From Pirellulales bacterium (GTDB lineage Bacteria > Planctomycetota > Planctomycetia > Pirellulales > JAICIG01): a stretch of 64,000 nucleotides of DNA. The DNA is taken from assembly GCA_040901675.1 (NCBI GenBank), contig JBBDYJ010000025.1:223943-287942 (forward strand), in the 5' to 3' direction. This document shows positions 21,583 through 31,456 of this stretch, one piece after another. Under the pieces are notes generated by a model, which searched no databases, was not told the origin of the DNA, and worked only from the letters and a program-made list of their open reading frames with translations. Position 1 is the stretch's first letter, and every line of letters begins with the position of its first letter. The translations under genes and the position numbers were made by a program.

Positions 21583-21733
21583 GAGCAGGTTAGAGTTCGG
21601 AGTCTACGGCAGCCGCTCTTCGGGCGGAGGCCGAGGGAAGAATTCGAGATTGCGACTGGCTCAGTTGACAGGTTAGAAGAGCCAGCCACGCTCGGGAGAC
21701 ACCGCCACGATGCACTTGCTGATCATTCTGCTC
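21583..21733 (+). ncRNA. Structured RNA candidate (6S RNA-like or cis leader) upstream of rny
   Basis: Nested complementary segments gagcag/ctgctc, gtct/agac, ccgag/ctcgg, ctggctc/gagccag and a UUCG-type hairpin; promoter immediately upstream; 6S RNA is often syntenic with rny. Confidence 0.45.
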
Positions 21734-22314
21734 GATCAACTGCTGGGAATGTTGCGCAGCGCCCGCAAGGCCCGTCAGGCCGAAGTCGTGGTGCCGCGGC
21801 AGAACGAGCCGGGGGGTTCCGACCCGGCTGCATCAGGGCGGCTCTGGTTCCCGGGCCACGGCTGGATGACGGTTCTCCCGGTCTGGCGCAGTGGCCCGGT
21901 GCGGCCGCCCGGTGGGCCGCTGGTCCACGTTGGGCGACTGGTCCACGTTGGGCGATGGGGTCACGATGGCGGCAGTCCCTGCGGACGCGCGCCGGACGAG
22001 CCCCCCGCAGCATCGCCTGGCGGTGCCGGCCGGCTCGAACCGTGTGGCGGCAAGTCTCGGGCTGGATAAAGCCCGGGCGGCGGCCTGGTTCGCGTCGTCA
22101 CGTCTTGCTCGCCCTGACAACAGCAGTCCTTTCTCGCCTGCCGGTTGACCACCGGTGGTGCTGGCATCTCCCCTCGGTGCTCGCCGCTTCGTGCGGCGGT
22201 TGCGGCGGCTCCGCTCGCTGGCCCGGATTCGATGTCGGCCATGGCGGCCCGCCAGGCATGCGCCTGGCGCGCGGCAGGTTGCCCGCCGGCCGAAGTGCTC
22301 AAGAAGGGGAGCCG

Positions 22315-23868
22315 ATGGACACCACGGTCATTGTATTATTGACGGCCTCGATCGCCGCGGCGCTGACCTTTACGCTGGTCAAGGCGCTCGACTACCTGCG
22401 CCAGACCGATGCCGAGAAGCGCGCCAGCGAGATCGTCGAACGCGCCCAGCGCGATATCGAGAATCGGCGCCGTGAGGCGGAGCTGGAGATCAAGGAACAG
22501 GCCATGCAGCAACGGGCAACCGGCGAAAAGGAGCTGGGAGTCATCCGACAGGAGCTGCACGAGCGCGAACGCCTGCTCGACAAGCGCCAGGACGCCCAGG
22601 AACAGCAAGCCGACCAGCTCCGAAAGCAGGAGAAACTGGTCGAGGGCAACCAGCGCAAGCTCGCCGAGCGGATCGAGGAAACCAATCGCCGCCATGAGGA
22701 GCTGGGCAAGCTCTTGGACCTCCAGCGGCAGACGCTGCACCAGCTCAGCGGCTTGAGCCAGGAGGAAGCGACAAGGCGGCTCCTGGAGCGGCTCGGCGCC
22801 GAACTCCAACACGAGGCCGGCGCGCTCATTATCAAGCACGAAAAGCAGACCACCGAGGCTTGCGAAGAACGTTCCCGCGAGATCCTGATCACGGCCCTGC
22901 AGCGCTATGGCGCCGCGCACACGGCCGAGACCACCACCAGCACCGTCGACATCCCCAACGACGACATGAAGGGGCGGATCATCGGCCGCGAGGGACGCAA
23001 CATTCGGGCCTTCGAAAAGGCCACGGGCGTCGACGTGATTATCGACGACACCCCGGGCGTGGTCATCGTCAGCGGCTTCGACATGGTGCGGCGCGAGGTG
23101 GCACGCTTGTCGCTGGCCAAGTTGATCGCCGACGGCCGGATTCACCCCTCGCGGATCGAGGAGGTAGTGGCCGAAACGCAAAAGGAACTCGAGCAGCATC
23201 TGCAGAAGCTCGGCCAAGAGGCCGCCCAGGAGGCCGACGTCCCCGGCCTCAACGAGCGGCTGATTCACCTGCTCGGCCGGCTGCGGTTCCGGACCAGCTA
23301 CAGCCAGAACGTCCTGCGGCACTCGATCGAAGTCGCCTTCCTGACGGGCATGATAGCCGAGGAAATCGGCCTGGATGCAAAACTCGCCCGGCGCTGCGGG
23401 CTCTTGCACGACATCGGCAAGGCCGCCGACCATGAGGCCGAGGGGGGGCATCCCCGTATCGGCGCCGACCTGCTCAAGCGCTATGGCGAGCGGCCGGAAG
23501 TGGTGCACGCCGCCCTGGGACACCACGACGACCTGCGGATCGAGAATCCCTATACCGTGCTGGTGGCGGCCGCCGACGCCTGCAGTGCCTCGCGTCCGGG
23601 GGCGCGGCGCGAGACGCTGGAACGCTACATTAAGCGGATGGAAGAGCTGGAGGGAATCGCCCGCGGCTTTCCGGGCGTCGAGCAGGCCTTTGCCATCCAG
23701 GCCGGACGCGAGCTGCGCGTCCTGGTGGGTGCCAAGGAGAGCAACGATGCCACGGCGGCCAAAATCTGCCACGACATCGCACGGGCGTTCGAGGAGCAAT
23801 TGACCTATCCCGGCGAGATCAAGGTGACCGTCCTGCGCGAAGCACGTTTCACCGAAATCGCCAAGTAA
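22315..23868 (+). CDS. rny: Ribonuclease Y
   Basis: N-terminal TM, coiled coil, KH ([13 protein letters not shown]), HD (LLHDIGK), [12 protein letters not shown] after AGGGGAG. Confidence 0.96.
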   Translation: MDTTVIVLLTASIAAALTFTLVKALDYLRQTDAEKRASEIVERAQRDIENRRREAELEIKEQAMQQRATGEKELGVIRQELHERERLLDKRQDAQEQQADQLRKQEKLVEGNQRKLAERIEETNRRHEELGKLLDLQRQTLHQLSGLSQEEATRRLLERLGAELQHEAGALIIKHEKQTTEACEERSREILITALQRYGAAHTAETTTSTVDIPNDDMKGRIIGREGRNIRAFEKATGVDVIIDDTPGVVIVSGFDMVRREVARLSLAKLIADGRIHPSRIEEVVAETQKELEQHLQKLGQEAAQEADVPGLNERLIHLLGRLRFRTSYSQNVLRHSIEVAFLTGMIAEEIGLDAKLARRCGLLHDIGKAADHEAEGGHPRIGADLLKRYGERPEVVHAALGHHDDLRIENPYTVLVAAADACSASRPGARRETLERYIKRMEELEGIARGFPGVEQAFAIQAGRELRVLVGAKESNDATAAKICHDIARAFEEQLTYPGEIKVTVLREARFTEIAK

Positions 23869-23886
23869 ACCAGGGAGCCTAAGGCT

Positions 23887-23920
23887 GGGTGGCTGGGGCA
23901 AAGCGGTAAGCGTGCCCCAG
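23887..23920 (+). repeat. REP family A copy
   Basis: gggtggctggggcaaagcggtaagcgtgccccag. Confidence 0.85.
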
Positions 23921-23973
23921 GAAACTGCAGGCAACTTTGTTATTCCACCGTTCCTCAACCAGGGGAGTTCCCT

Positions 23974-24813
23974 GTGCGGTTGCTGTTGATCGGCGACATC
24001 GTGGGCAAACCGGGCCGGCAGATCGTCTGCCGGGCGCTGGCCGGCCTGGTGGCCCGGGAGCAATTGGACTTCGTGGTGGCCAACGCCGAGAACGCCGCCG
24101 GCGGATCAGGGCTCACTCCCGAAATCTACCGCGAGTTGAAGCGGGCCGGCGTCGATGCCATCACGCTGGGCGACCACATCTACCGCCGCCGCGAGATCAC
24201 CAGCGTGCTCGTCTCGCAGCCCGACATTGTCAAGCCGGCCAACTATCCGCCCGAAGCCCCCGGACACGAATTCGCGGTCGTACGCTCCGCCGGCGGCATC
24301 GACGTGGCCGTGGTCAGCCTGCTGGGCCGCGTCTTCATGCGTCCCGTCGACTGTCCCTGGGCCGCGGCCGACCGTGTGCTCTCGCGGTTGCCTCCGGAGG
24401 TCAAGCTGGTCCTGGTCGATTTTCACGCCGAGGCCACCAGCGACATGCAGTTGATGGGCCGCCACCTGGACGGCCGCGTCACGGCCGTGCTGGGCACTCA
24501 CACGCACGTGCCGACCGCCGACGAGGAAATACTTCCCGGCGGCACCGCGTTTCAATGCGACGTGGGCATGACCGGCCCCTACCACAGCATTCTAGGCCGC
24601 CGGATCGACCGCGTGCTCGAAACGACCCTTTCGTTCAACCCCACGCACTTCGAGGTGGCCAGCGGCGACGTGCGTCTCTGCGGCTCGATTGTCGAGGCCG
24701 ACAGCCAGACCGGCCGCGCCACTTCGATCCGCCGGCTCCGCATCGACGAGGCCCAGGCCGAGCAATTGAGCGAGCCAAGCGGACAGGGCGACCCGCGTTC
24801 GGCGGTCCCGTGA
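23974..24813 (+). CDS. ymdB: YmdB-family metallophosphoesterase
   Basis: GDIVGKPGR, NAENAAGG, DFHAEATS, GTHTH, DVGMTG; usual neighbour of rny. Confidence 0.93.
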   Translation: MRLLLIGDIVGKPGRQIVCRALAGLVAREQLDFVVANAENAAGGSGLTPEIYRELKRAGVDAITLGDHIYRRREITSVLVSQPDIVKPANYPPEAPGHEFAVVRSAGGIDVAVVSLLGRVFMRPVDCPWAAADRVLSRLPPEVKLVLVDFHAEATSDMQLMGRHLDGRVTAVLGTHTHVPTADEEILPGGTAFQCDVGMTGPYHSILGRRIDRVLETTLSFNPTHFEVASGDVRLCGSIVEADSQTGRATSIRRLRIDEAQAEQLSEPSGQGDPRSAVP

Positions 24814-24995
24814 CCCTCAAGGGGCGGGCGGGCAGCAGGGAACAGGCCCAGGACGACTGGCGAAGTGGAGGCTGATTGCATTAACATGGGCAGAGTGTGG
24901 GAGGCAGAAGTCAGATTGCAGAGGCAGAAGGGTCGTTGGGGTGAAGATGGAAGGGGTAATGGCGATGGTTCCTCAAGGCGAGGGAATCGAAAGCG

Positions 24996-26474
24996 ATGCG
25001 TAACCTGCCGGTCCATTGGTCGGAAGGCATGTTCCTGCGGCCGCACCATTTCCAGGCGGCCGATCGGTATTGGGCCGAGACGCTCCAAACGAGCGAGCAG
25101 TGGGACCACCAGTTCAACTACGGCCTGAGGCGGTTGGAGATCAGCCAGGAGGCATTGGCCAACTCGCAGTTCCAGGTCAGCATGTGCCAGGCGCGGCTGC
25201 GGGATGGCACGCTGGTGGCGCTGGGGCACGGCGAGGAGCTGGACCGGGTGGACCTGGGGCCGGCCATCGAGCAGATGAACGCGGCGCTGGGCAACCTGCA
25301 AATCGACCTCAAGGAAGGATTCGAGGGAGAACAGGTGATCAAGGTCTACCTGGCCGTGCCGAAGCTGAAGATGGGCGCGGTGAACGTGGCGCCCGGGCGG
25401 GACGGGCAACCGCACCGCTTCTCAGAAATCAAGCAGTCGCTGCAGGATGAGAGCCAGGGGGGCAACGACCAGGAGCTGGGCCTCAAGTCGATGAGCGTGC
25501 GGCTGCTGCTCTCGACGCAGGACCTGGCGGGATACGAAGTGCTGCCGATCGCGGCCATCCAGCGGGCCGGCGACCGGGAGGCGACGCCGCGGCTCGATGC
25601 GCGGTATATTCCGCCGCTGCTGGCCGTGGACGCCTGGCCGGGACTGTCGCGGGGCATCGTGCGGGCGATCTACGACATCGTGGGCAACAAGATCAAGGTG
25701 CTCAGCCAACAGGTGCTGTCGCGGGGCGTGACGCTGGTCAGCCAGGAGCCGGGCGACCTGGACCGCCTGCTGATGCTCAGCCAGCTCAACGAGTCGTACG
25801 CGGTGCTGTCGGTGCTCTCGTTCGCGCCGGGCGTCCACCCGTTCATCGCGTATGGCGAGCTGGTCCGGCTGGTGGGCAAGCTCTCGATCTTCGGAACGGA
25901 ACGGGCCGCCCCCGAGATACCGCGGTATGACCACGACGACCTGGCGGGCATCTTTTACTGGGTGAAACAGCAGATCGAGCTCTTGCTGGGGTCGGTGCGC
26001 GACTACGAGTACGAGCAGCGGTTCTTCGTCGGCCAGGGCTTGGGAATGCAGGTGGCGCTGGACGCCAAGTGGCTCAACGCGGACTGGCAATGGTACGTGG
26101 GAGTGGCGCGGGGCAACATCTCCGAAAAAGAATGCCAGGACTTGCTCTCGGCCGGCCAGCTCGATTGGAAGCTGGGCAGCGCGCGGCAGGTGCAGATCCT
26201 CTTCGAGAACCGCGCCGAAGGCCTGCTCCTGGTGCCGCTGGCGCGCGCGCCGCGGGCCCTGCCGGCCACGGGCGACTGGGTGTTCTACGAAGTGAGCCGG
26301 CAAAACGCGGCCTGGAAAGACGTCCACGAGACCCAGACCCTGGCGATGCGCGTCAAAGACAGCCTGATCGTCAATCGGGACAGCCTGCAAGGACAACGCA
26401 AGTTGATCCTCAACTACCGCGGCAAGCAGGCCGCAGTGCAGTTTGCCCTGTTCGCGGTGCCCACGCGCCAATGA
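24996..26474 (+). CDS. tssK: Type VI secretion baseplate subunit TssK
   Basis: VHWSEGMFLRPHHFQ, YIPPLL, HPF..Y, YDHDDL. Confidence 0.92.
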   Translation: MRNLPVHWSEGMFLRPHHFQAADRYWAETLQTSEQWDHQFNYGLRRLEISQEALANSQFQVSMCQARLRDGTLVALGHGEELDRVDLGPAIEQMNAALGNLQIDLKEGFEGEQVIKVYLAVPKLKMGAVNVAPGRDGQPHRFSEIKQSLQDESQGGNDQELGLKSMSVRLLLSTQDLAGYEVLPIAAIQRAGDREATPRLDARYIPPLLAVDAWPGLSRGIVRAIYDIVGNKIKVLSQQVLSRGVTLVSQEPGDLDRLLMLSQLNESYAVLSVLSFAPGVHPFIAYGELVRLVGKLSIFGTERAAPEIPRYDHDDLAGIFYWVKQQIELLLGSVRDYEYEQRFFVGQGLGMQVALDAKWLNADWQWYVGVARGNISEKECQDLLSAGQLDWKLGSARQVQILFENRAEGLLLVPLARAPRALPATGDWVFYEVSRQNAAWKDVHETQTLAMRVKDSLIVNRDSLQGQRKLILNYRGKQAAVQFALFAVPTRQ

Positions 26475-26481
26475 GCCGCCA

Positions 26482-27123
26482 ATGACTCCCCAATTCGCCA
26501 AAGCGGTCGACCCGGTCTTCATGCACGTGCTGGGATTGCTGGATCGTATCGGCCGCGACGAGTCGCCCTCGCCGCAGGATGAGCGGATGCACGTCCGGGG
26601 CTGGATCGACCAGGCCGAGGCGGTGCTCGGACAGGCGCCCGACTGGGACCTGGCCAAGCACGCGCTGGTGTACTGGATCGACGAGGTGCTGATCAACGCG
26701 CCCTGGGAAGGGCGGAACTGGTGGAGCGAAAACCCGCTGGAAGTCGAACTGTTCAATAGCCGCCTGGCCAACGAGCAGTTTTACCACAAGGCCAGGGAGG
26801 CCGGCACGCTGACCAGGAAAGACGCGCTGGAAGTGTTCTACGTGTGCGCGGTGCTCGGCTTTCGCGGCCTGTACCGCGATCCGATGGCGGCGGCCATGCT
26901 GGCGCCGGCGCGGGGATTGCCCAACGACCTGGAGAGTTGGGCCAAGCAGACTTCGCTCTCGATCCGGGTGGGGGCCAGGCCGCCGATCCAGGCGACCGGC
27001 CAACTTGGCCCCAGCGCGCCGCCGCTGGAGGGTCAGTCGCTGCTGGTGGCTTCGTCGATGGCCACCGCCGTGCTCGGCGCGTTGACGTTGATCGCGGGAG
27101 CCTGGTACTTCGGCTGGTTTTGA
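26482..27123 (+). CDS. tssL: Type VI secretion DotU/TssL protein (no OmpA domain)
   Basis: ALVYWIDE, PLEVELF, LEVFYVCAVLGFRGLY, single C-terminal TM. Confidence 0.88.
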   Translation: MTPQFAKAVDPVFMHVLGLLDRIGRDESPSPQDERMHVRGWIDQAEAVLGQAPDWDLAKHALVYWIDEVLINAPWEGRNWWSENPLEVELFNSRLANEQFYHKAREAGTLTRKDALEVFYVCAVLGFRGLYRDPMAAAMLAPARGLPNDLESWAKQTSLSIRVGARPPIQATGQLGPSAPPLEGQSLLVASSMATAVLGALTLIAGAWYFGWF

Positions 27124-28724
27124 TGTATTACCTGACGCAGTTCTTCTACATTCTGTTCACGCCGCTGCGGCTGTTGTTCACGTCGCCGCAGAAGCTGATC
27201 GCCACGCCCCGCAAGCTGCTGGGGCTGTCGCTGCCGGCGCGGGCGGCGATTCTGCTGGCGCTGTTCTTGATCGTGTGCGTGGTGGCGGCCTGCACGATCT
27301 TGTACCTGAACCGCGACACGTACGACCTGCCGTGGTGGCGGAACCTGCCGATCATCCTGGTGCTGATGATCGTGATCCCGGTCGTGACGTACATGGCGCT
27401 GCGCTTGTGGCTGGAAGGGGGCGTCTCGGAGTTCGAAGACATCGACCGGGCGTGGAAGGCGGGCGTCGCCGAGCTGGAGCGGCAGGGGCTGGACATGACG
27501 CAGATCCCGCTGTTCCTGGTGGTCGGCTCGTCGAGCCCGCGGCAGGAAAAGGCGCTGTTCGAGGCGTCGCGGCTGGAGTTGTCGGTGGGCAATGTGCCGG
27601 CGGGCCCGGCGGCGCTGCACTGGTATGCCAACCCGGACGGCATCTGGCTGGTGGCCAGCGACGTGGGATCGCTGAGCAAACTGTCGAGCCTGGGTGAGTC
27701 GGCCGCCGAAGCACGAGGGAGCGAGGGGGCCAGGAGGCGAGGGGGCCAGGAGGCGGACGAGGACGGGGGAGGCGATATTCGGCAGACGATGAAGGCGGGC
27801 GCGCCGGCCCCCGCGGCGCCCGCCGCCCGGTCGGTGGCCCAGCCGAACATCCGGGGAACCATGGTCATCCGCCAGACGATGGACCCCAGCGAGGCGCCGG
27901 CGGCGGCCCCGCTGGAAAAGCGGCATATCAAGCTGTCGCGCGATGAAGTCGAATCGCAGCCAAAGCGGCTCGAGTACCTGTGCAAGTTGATCCGGCGGGC
28001 GCGGCAGCCGCTCTGCCCCGTGAACGGCGTGATGACGCTGCTGCCGTTTCACGTGATCCAATGGGGGGCGGCCGAAGGCGTCGAGGTCCAAAAGGCGGTC
28101 CGCAGCGACCTGACGACGCTGGGCCGCTCGTTCAAGCTGCGGTTTCCCGTGACGGCCCTGGTCGTGGGCCTGGAGACCGAAACGGGTTTTCAGGAGCTGG
28201 TGCGGCGGGTAGGCCGCGATCGGGCCAGGGCGCAGCGGTTCGGCAAGGGATTCGGCGTGTGGGATCCGACGACGCCGGAACAGCTCGAAGCGCTGGGGGC
28301 GCATGCGTGCGGCGCCTTCGAAGACTGGGTATACACGCTGTTCCGCGAGCCGGAGGCGCTGGAGAAGCCCGGCAACACCAAGCTCTACGCGATGCTGTGC
28401 AAGATCCGCCGCACGCTGCAGTCGCGGCTCGACGGCATCTTGGTGGGCGGCTATGCGCACGACCCGGAGCAAGGTCAGCGGGCCGACTGGGTGCTGGTGG
28501 GCGGCTGCTATTTCGCGGCGACGGGCGACAACGAGGAGCGGCAGGCCTTCGTCAAAAGCGTGTTCGAGAAGCTGCCCGAGCAGCAGGAAGAGTTGGAGTG
28601 GATGGAGGAGGCGCTGGCCGAGGACCGGCGCTATCGGCGGATGGCCTACGTGGGCTTCGCCATCAACGGCCTCTTGATGGCGGCATTAGCCACGCTGGTG
28701 TGGATGAAGCTGAGGGGAGAATAG
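27123..28724 (+). CDS. tssM: Short IcmF/TssM-like protein (cytoplasmic domain only)
   Basis: N-terminal TMs, IPLFLVVG, RQPLCPVNGV, FPV..LV..LE...GF, GCYF; ends right after a C-terminal TM; start overlaps tssL stop. Confidence 0.75.
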   Translation: MYYLTQFFYILFTPLRLLFTSPQKLIATPRKLLGLSLPARAAILLALFLIVCVVAACTILYLNRDTYDLPWWRNLPIILVLMIVIPVVTYMALRLWLEGGVSEFEDIDRAWKAGVAELERQGLDMTQIPLFLVVGSSSPRQEKALFEASRLELSVGNVPAGPAALHWYANPDGIWLVASDVGSLSKLSSLGESAAEARGSEGARRRGGQEADEDGGGDIRQTMKAGAPAPAAPAARSVAQPNIRGTMVIRQTMDPSEAPAAAPLEKRHIKLSRDEVESQPKRLEYLCKLIRRARQPLCPVNGVMTLLPFHVIQWGAAEGVEVQKAVRSDLTTLGRSFKLRFPVTALVVGLETETGFQELVRRVGRDRARAQRFGKGFGVWDPTTPEQLEALGAHACGAFEDWVYTLFREPEALEKPGNTKLYAMLCKIRRTLQSRLDGILVGGYAHDPEQGQRADWVLVGGCYFAATGDNEERQAFVKSVFEKLPEQQEELEWMEEALAEDRRYRRMAYVGFAINGLLMAALATLVWMKLRGE

Positions 28725-28740
28725 AAAAGGCAGAAGGTCA

Positions 28741-28774
28741 GTAGCCCTCACGCTCCGAGTGAGGTAGCTGAAGT
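28741..28774 (+). repeat. GTAG-type REP-like element
   Basis: gtagccctcacgctccgagtgagg (similar copy at 48597-48620) followed by a gtagctgaagtc half copy (cf. 60837). Confidence 0.55.
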
Positions 28775-28895
28775 CAGGAGTCAGAAGCCCGAAGGCAGTA
28801 GGACAGGGTTCTTTTGCCTTCCATTCATCGCCCGGAGGGCGGACGCAACGGCGGACGGCGGCATACTGACAACCCACGTACAACGGATACAAGAC

Positions 28896-29303
28896 ATGGC
28901 ACCGGCGTTCGATAGAGAAGGGGCGGGGAGCAGGAAGCGTGACGCGGATGGCGAACGCCGCCAGGAGAAGAGCCCCGGGGCTGAAGGGGCCGTCGATCGG
29001 GGGCTGCTGGAGAAGGTGGTCGAGCAGACGCTGTTGAGCCTGGGAGGCTCCGAACCGCCGGCGCCCGAGGACGTGGCGGCGCTGCGCGAAGTGGTCAGCC
29101 GGCATAGCGGGCGGCGGTTTGGCCTGGACCCGGTGGCCGTCGAAATGGTCGAGGCGGTGCTGCGCGACCAGTTGGAGCAGTTGCGCACGCACCAGTCGCG
29201 GCGGGCGATGGTCGTCGAAATCGCCACCACGCTGTACGAGGATCAGGACTCGCACGATCGCCTGCTGGCGCTGTGGAACAAACTGTCCGAGGCCCAACCA
29301 TGA
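28896..29303 (+). CDS. Hypothetical helical protein coupled to the sigma factor
   Basis: ATGA overlap with the sigma gene; coding-like codon usage. Confidence 0.7.
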   Translation: MAPAFDREGAGSRKRDADGERRQEKSPGAEGAVDRGLLEKVVEQTLLSLGGSEPPAPEDVAALREVVSRHSGRRFGLDPVAVEMVEAVLRDQLEQLRTHQSRRAMVVEIATTLYEDQDSHDRLLALWNKLSEAQP

Positions 29304-29992
29304 CCGAAGCTCGGGCCACGCAGCAGGAACTGATCGAGGGCTGCCAGGGCCTGGTTCGTTCGCTGGCCCGCAAGCTGCACCGGGGGCTGCCCGAGTCGGT
29401 CGAGCTGGACGACCTGGTCGGCTATGGGCAGTTGGGCCTGGCCGAGGCCGCCCGGGATTTTGATCCGGGCCGCGGCGGCAAGTTCAGCACCTACGCCTAC
29501 TACCGGATTCGCGGGGCGATGTACGACGGGCTTTCGAAGATGAGCTGGTTCAGCCGGTCGCGCTACCAGCGGCTCCGTTACGAGCAGCATGCCAATGAGC
29601 TGCTGGCGATGGAGGCCGACGCCGTGGGACCAGGCGAGCCGGGCCGCCTGGAAGACGAGGTGCAGTGGTTGAAGCGGATGGCGAGTGGCCTGGCGGTGGT
29701 CTACCTGGCGACGCAGAGCATGGACGAAGAGTGCGAATCGAGGGAGCTGGTGGACGAGTCGGCCGTATCGCCGCCGGTGGCGTCGATCCAGCGTGAGACG
29801 CACCAGATCCTGCACGACCTGATTGAGGGCCTGCCCGCCGAAGCGCGGACGTTGATCCGCGCCACGTATTTTGAGGGGGTAACGTTGCAGGAGGCCGGCC
29901 GCAGGTTGGGGGTGAGCAAGGCCTGGGCCAGCCGTCTGCACGCCAAGACCCTCGACCGGCTCGCGCAGCGGCTGAGGCAGGCGGGCGGCTGA
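29300..29992 (+). CDS. FliA/WhiG-family sigma-70 factor
   Basis: DDLVGYGQLGLAEAARDFDP, FSTYAYYRIRGAMYD, region 4 TLQEAGRRLGVSKAWASRLH. Confidence 0.9.
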   Translation: MTEARATQQELIEGCQGLVRSLARKLHRGLPESVELDDLVGYGQLGLAEAARDFDPGRGGKFSTYAYYRIRGAMYDGLSKMSWFSRSRYQRLRYEQHANELLAMEADAVGPGEPGRLEDEVQWLKRMASGLAVVYLATQSMDEECESRELVDESAVSPPVASIQRETHQILHDLIEGLPAEARTLIRATYFEGVTLQEAGRRLGVSKAWASRLHAKTLDRLAQRLRQAGG

Positions 29993-30132
29993 AGGAGGAG
30001 GAAATAGCTGGCTGTCATAGGTAAGTCAGCTTCTCCGCACGTGCCGGTCCAATCGCTTTAGGCTGGCACTTCACTCCCGGCTCGACTACGCTTTCATTGG
30101 TTCTGGGCGACAAACAACCGGGAGAAGCAAAC

Positions 30133-30696
30133 ATGGCCAAGGCCGCTGGAAAGTCGAACAAGAGCGCGTTGATCCGTGATTATTTGGCTGCGAAGCCCCA
30201 GGCGAGCGTCGGCGACATTATCTCCAAATTCCAGGAGCGGGGGATCAAGGTCTCGGCCGCGCTGGCCGCGAAGATCAAGTACAATCCGGCTGAAAAGCGG
30301 ATGCGCCAGCGGAAAGCACGCTCAGCGATCAACGGCCAGCGTCGCCGGGGCCGGCCGCCCAAGAGGCGGCTGGAGCGAGGGGGCAAAGCCGACGCCATCC
30401 GGCAGGCTTTTGCCTCTTTGGGAAGAAAGACCCGGCCCAGCGAGGTGGTGACGCACCTGGGGAGCCGCGGGATCACCGTGTCGAGGTCGCAGGTCGCCAG
30501 CGTGCGGAATGCCTTGAGGAAGCGGCGGGCCCGGAAAGCTGCCGGTCGGAAGGGCGCCGCCCGGTCCCCGGCCGCCATCAACGACTCGGTGTCGCTGAAG
30601 GGCTTGATCGGTGCCAAGAAGCTGGCCGAAAAGCTGGGCGGGATCGACGTTGCCCAGCAGGCCATGTCGGCGCTGTCGAAGCTGAAACCAGACTAG
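30133..30696 (+). CDS. Basic putative DNA-binding protein with an internal duplication
   Basis: Lys/Arg-rich; two KS/A.AIR....RGI.VS repeats; RRGRPPK AT-hook-like motif; GGAGA RBS. Confidence 0.7.
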   Translation: MAKAAGKSNKSALIRDYLAAKPQASVGDIISKFQERGIKVSAALAAKIKYNPAEKRMRQRKARSAINGQRRRGRPPKRRLERGGKADAIRQAFASLGRKTRPSEVVTHLGSRGITVSRSQVASVRNALRKRRARKAAGRKGAARSPAAINDSVSLKGLIGAKKLAEKLGGIDVAQQAMSALSKLKPD

Positions 30697-30940
30697 GACT
30701 AGGGCGCAAGCCGAAACCATGGCGAAAAATTGCTTCGGTCAATGAATCTTGGACGTGGGTGTCGCTCTTTCCATGGGCATAACATTCCACGTGACAACCG
30801 TGATCGCACCCGCCAAGACATTCGTCAGCTAGAGCAACCTCTGCGGTCTCGCCGCACCGCCATTGAGATGGCACGCAGTACGGGCAAACCTGGTCGAGAG
30901 GGCCGAAGATCGGCGCTGGTCGAGCGCGTACCAACGAGCT

Positions 30941-31456
30941 CTATTGTTCTGAGTCGCGACGCTTTCGGCGTTTGCGTTTGGATCGCCTTTCTTGGTCATG
31001 CCGCAATAGCTCGTTGATGAGTTCCTCAGGACCGCGGAAAGTTGTCTGCCGGAGTGCCGCGATTGCATCCGGGAGGGAAAGTAAGCCGCGCTCCGCTGCC
31101 ATCTCGATGACCCCGAGCGTACCTGTAATCAAGATTCCCAGCTTCTGGGCCGCTGCGACGCCATCGCGGTCGTCAATGAGTAAAATGTCGGCATTCAACT
31201 CAAGTGCCAGGGCAATGGCCTCCGCCTCGCCTGGTCCCAATCGGCTGTCACGGAGAGTCGCGGTGGGAGCTTTCACTTCGAGCCACGCTGGCGGAGCGCT
31301 TGCCCAGGTCTTCACCGCGGGTGGCGTTTTCGGACGGGTTAGTTCTACAATGACGGCCGGAGATGTCACAACGCGACCGAACAAGTCGGGCAGAGTATGT
31401 TGCTGCCCGATCAGCACAAAGTAATTCAGGGGAGTAGTGTCGGAGACGACGATCAT
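30941..31456 (-). CDS. PIN-domain toxin (DUF3368-like)
   Basis: IVVSDTTPL, LGPGEAEAIALA, LLIDD, GTLGV. Confidence 0.88.
   Translation of the reverse strand: MIVVSDTTPLNYFVLIGQQHTLPDLFGRVVTSPAVIVELTRPKTPPAVKTWASAPPAWLEVKAPTATLRDSRLGPGEAEAIALALELNADILLIDDRDGVAAAQKLGILITGTLGVIEMAAERGLLSLPDAIAALRQTTFRGPEELINELLRHDQERRSKRKRRKRRDSEQ

Noticed and set aside
21955..22314. 120-aa N-terminal extension of RNase Y in the ORF track
   Set aside because: The TM anchor and a good RBS place the start at 22315
29300..29992. Assigning the symbol fliA
   Set aside because: Family is clear but there is no flagellar context, so orthology is unsupported
30578..30934. Cys/His-rich minus-strand ORF (CPYC..CDHGCH)
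   Set aside because: Overlaps the 3' end of a better gene, no recognisable family, weak codon bias
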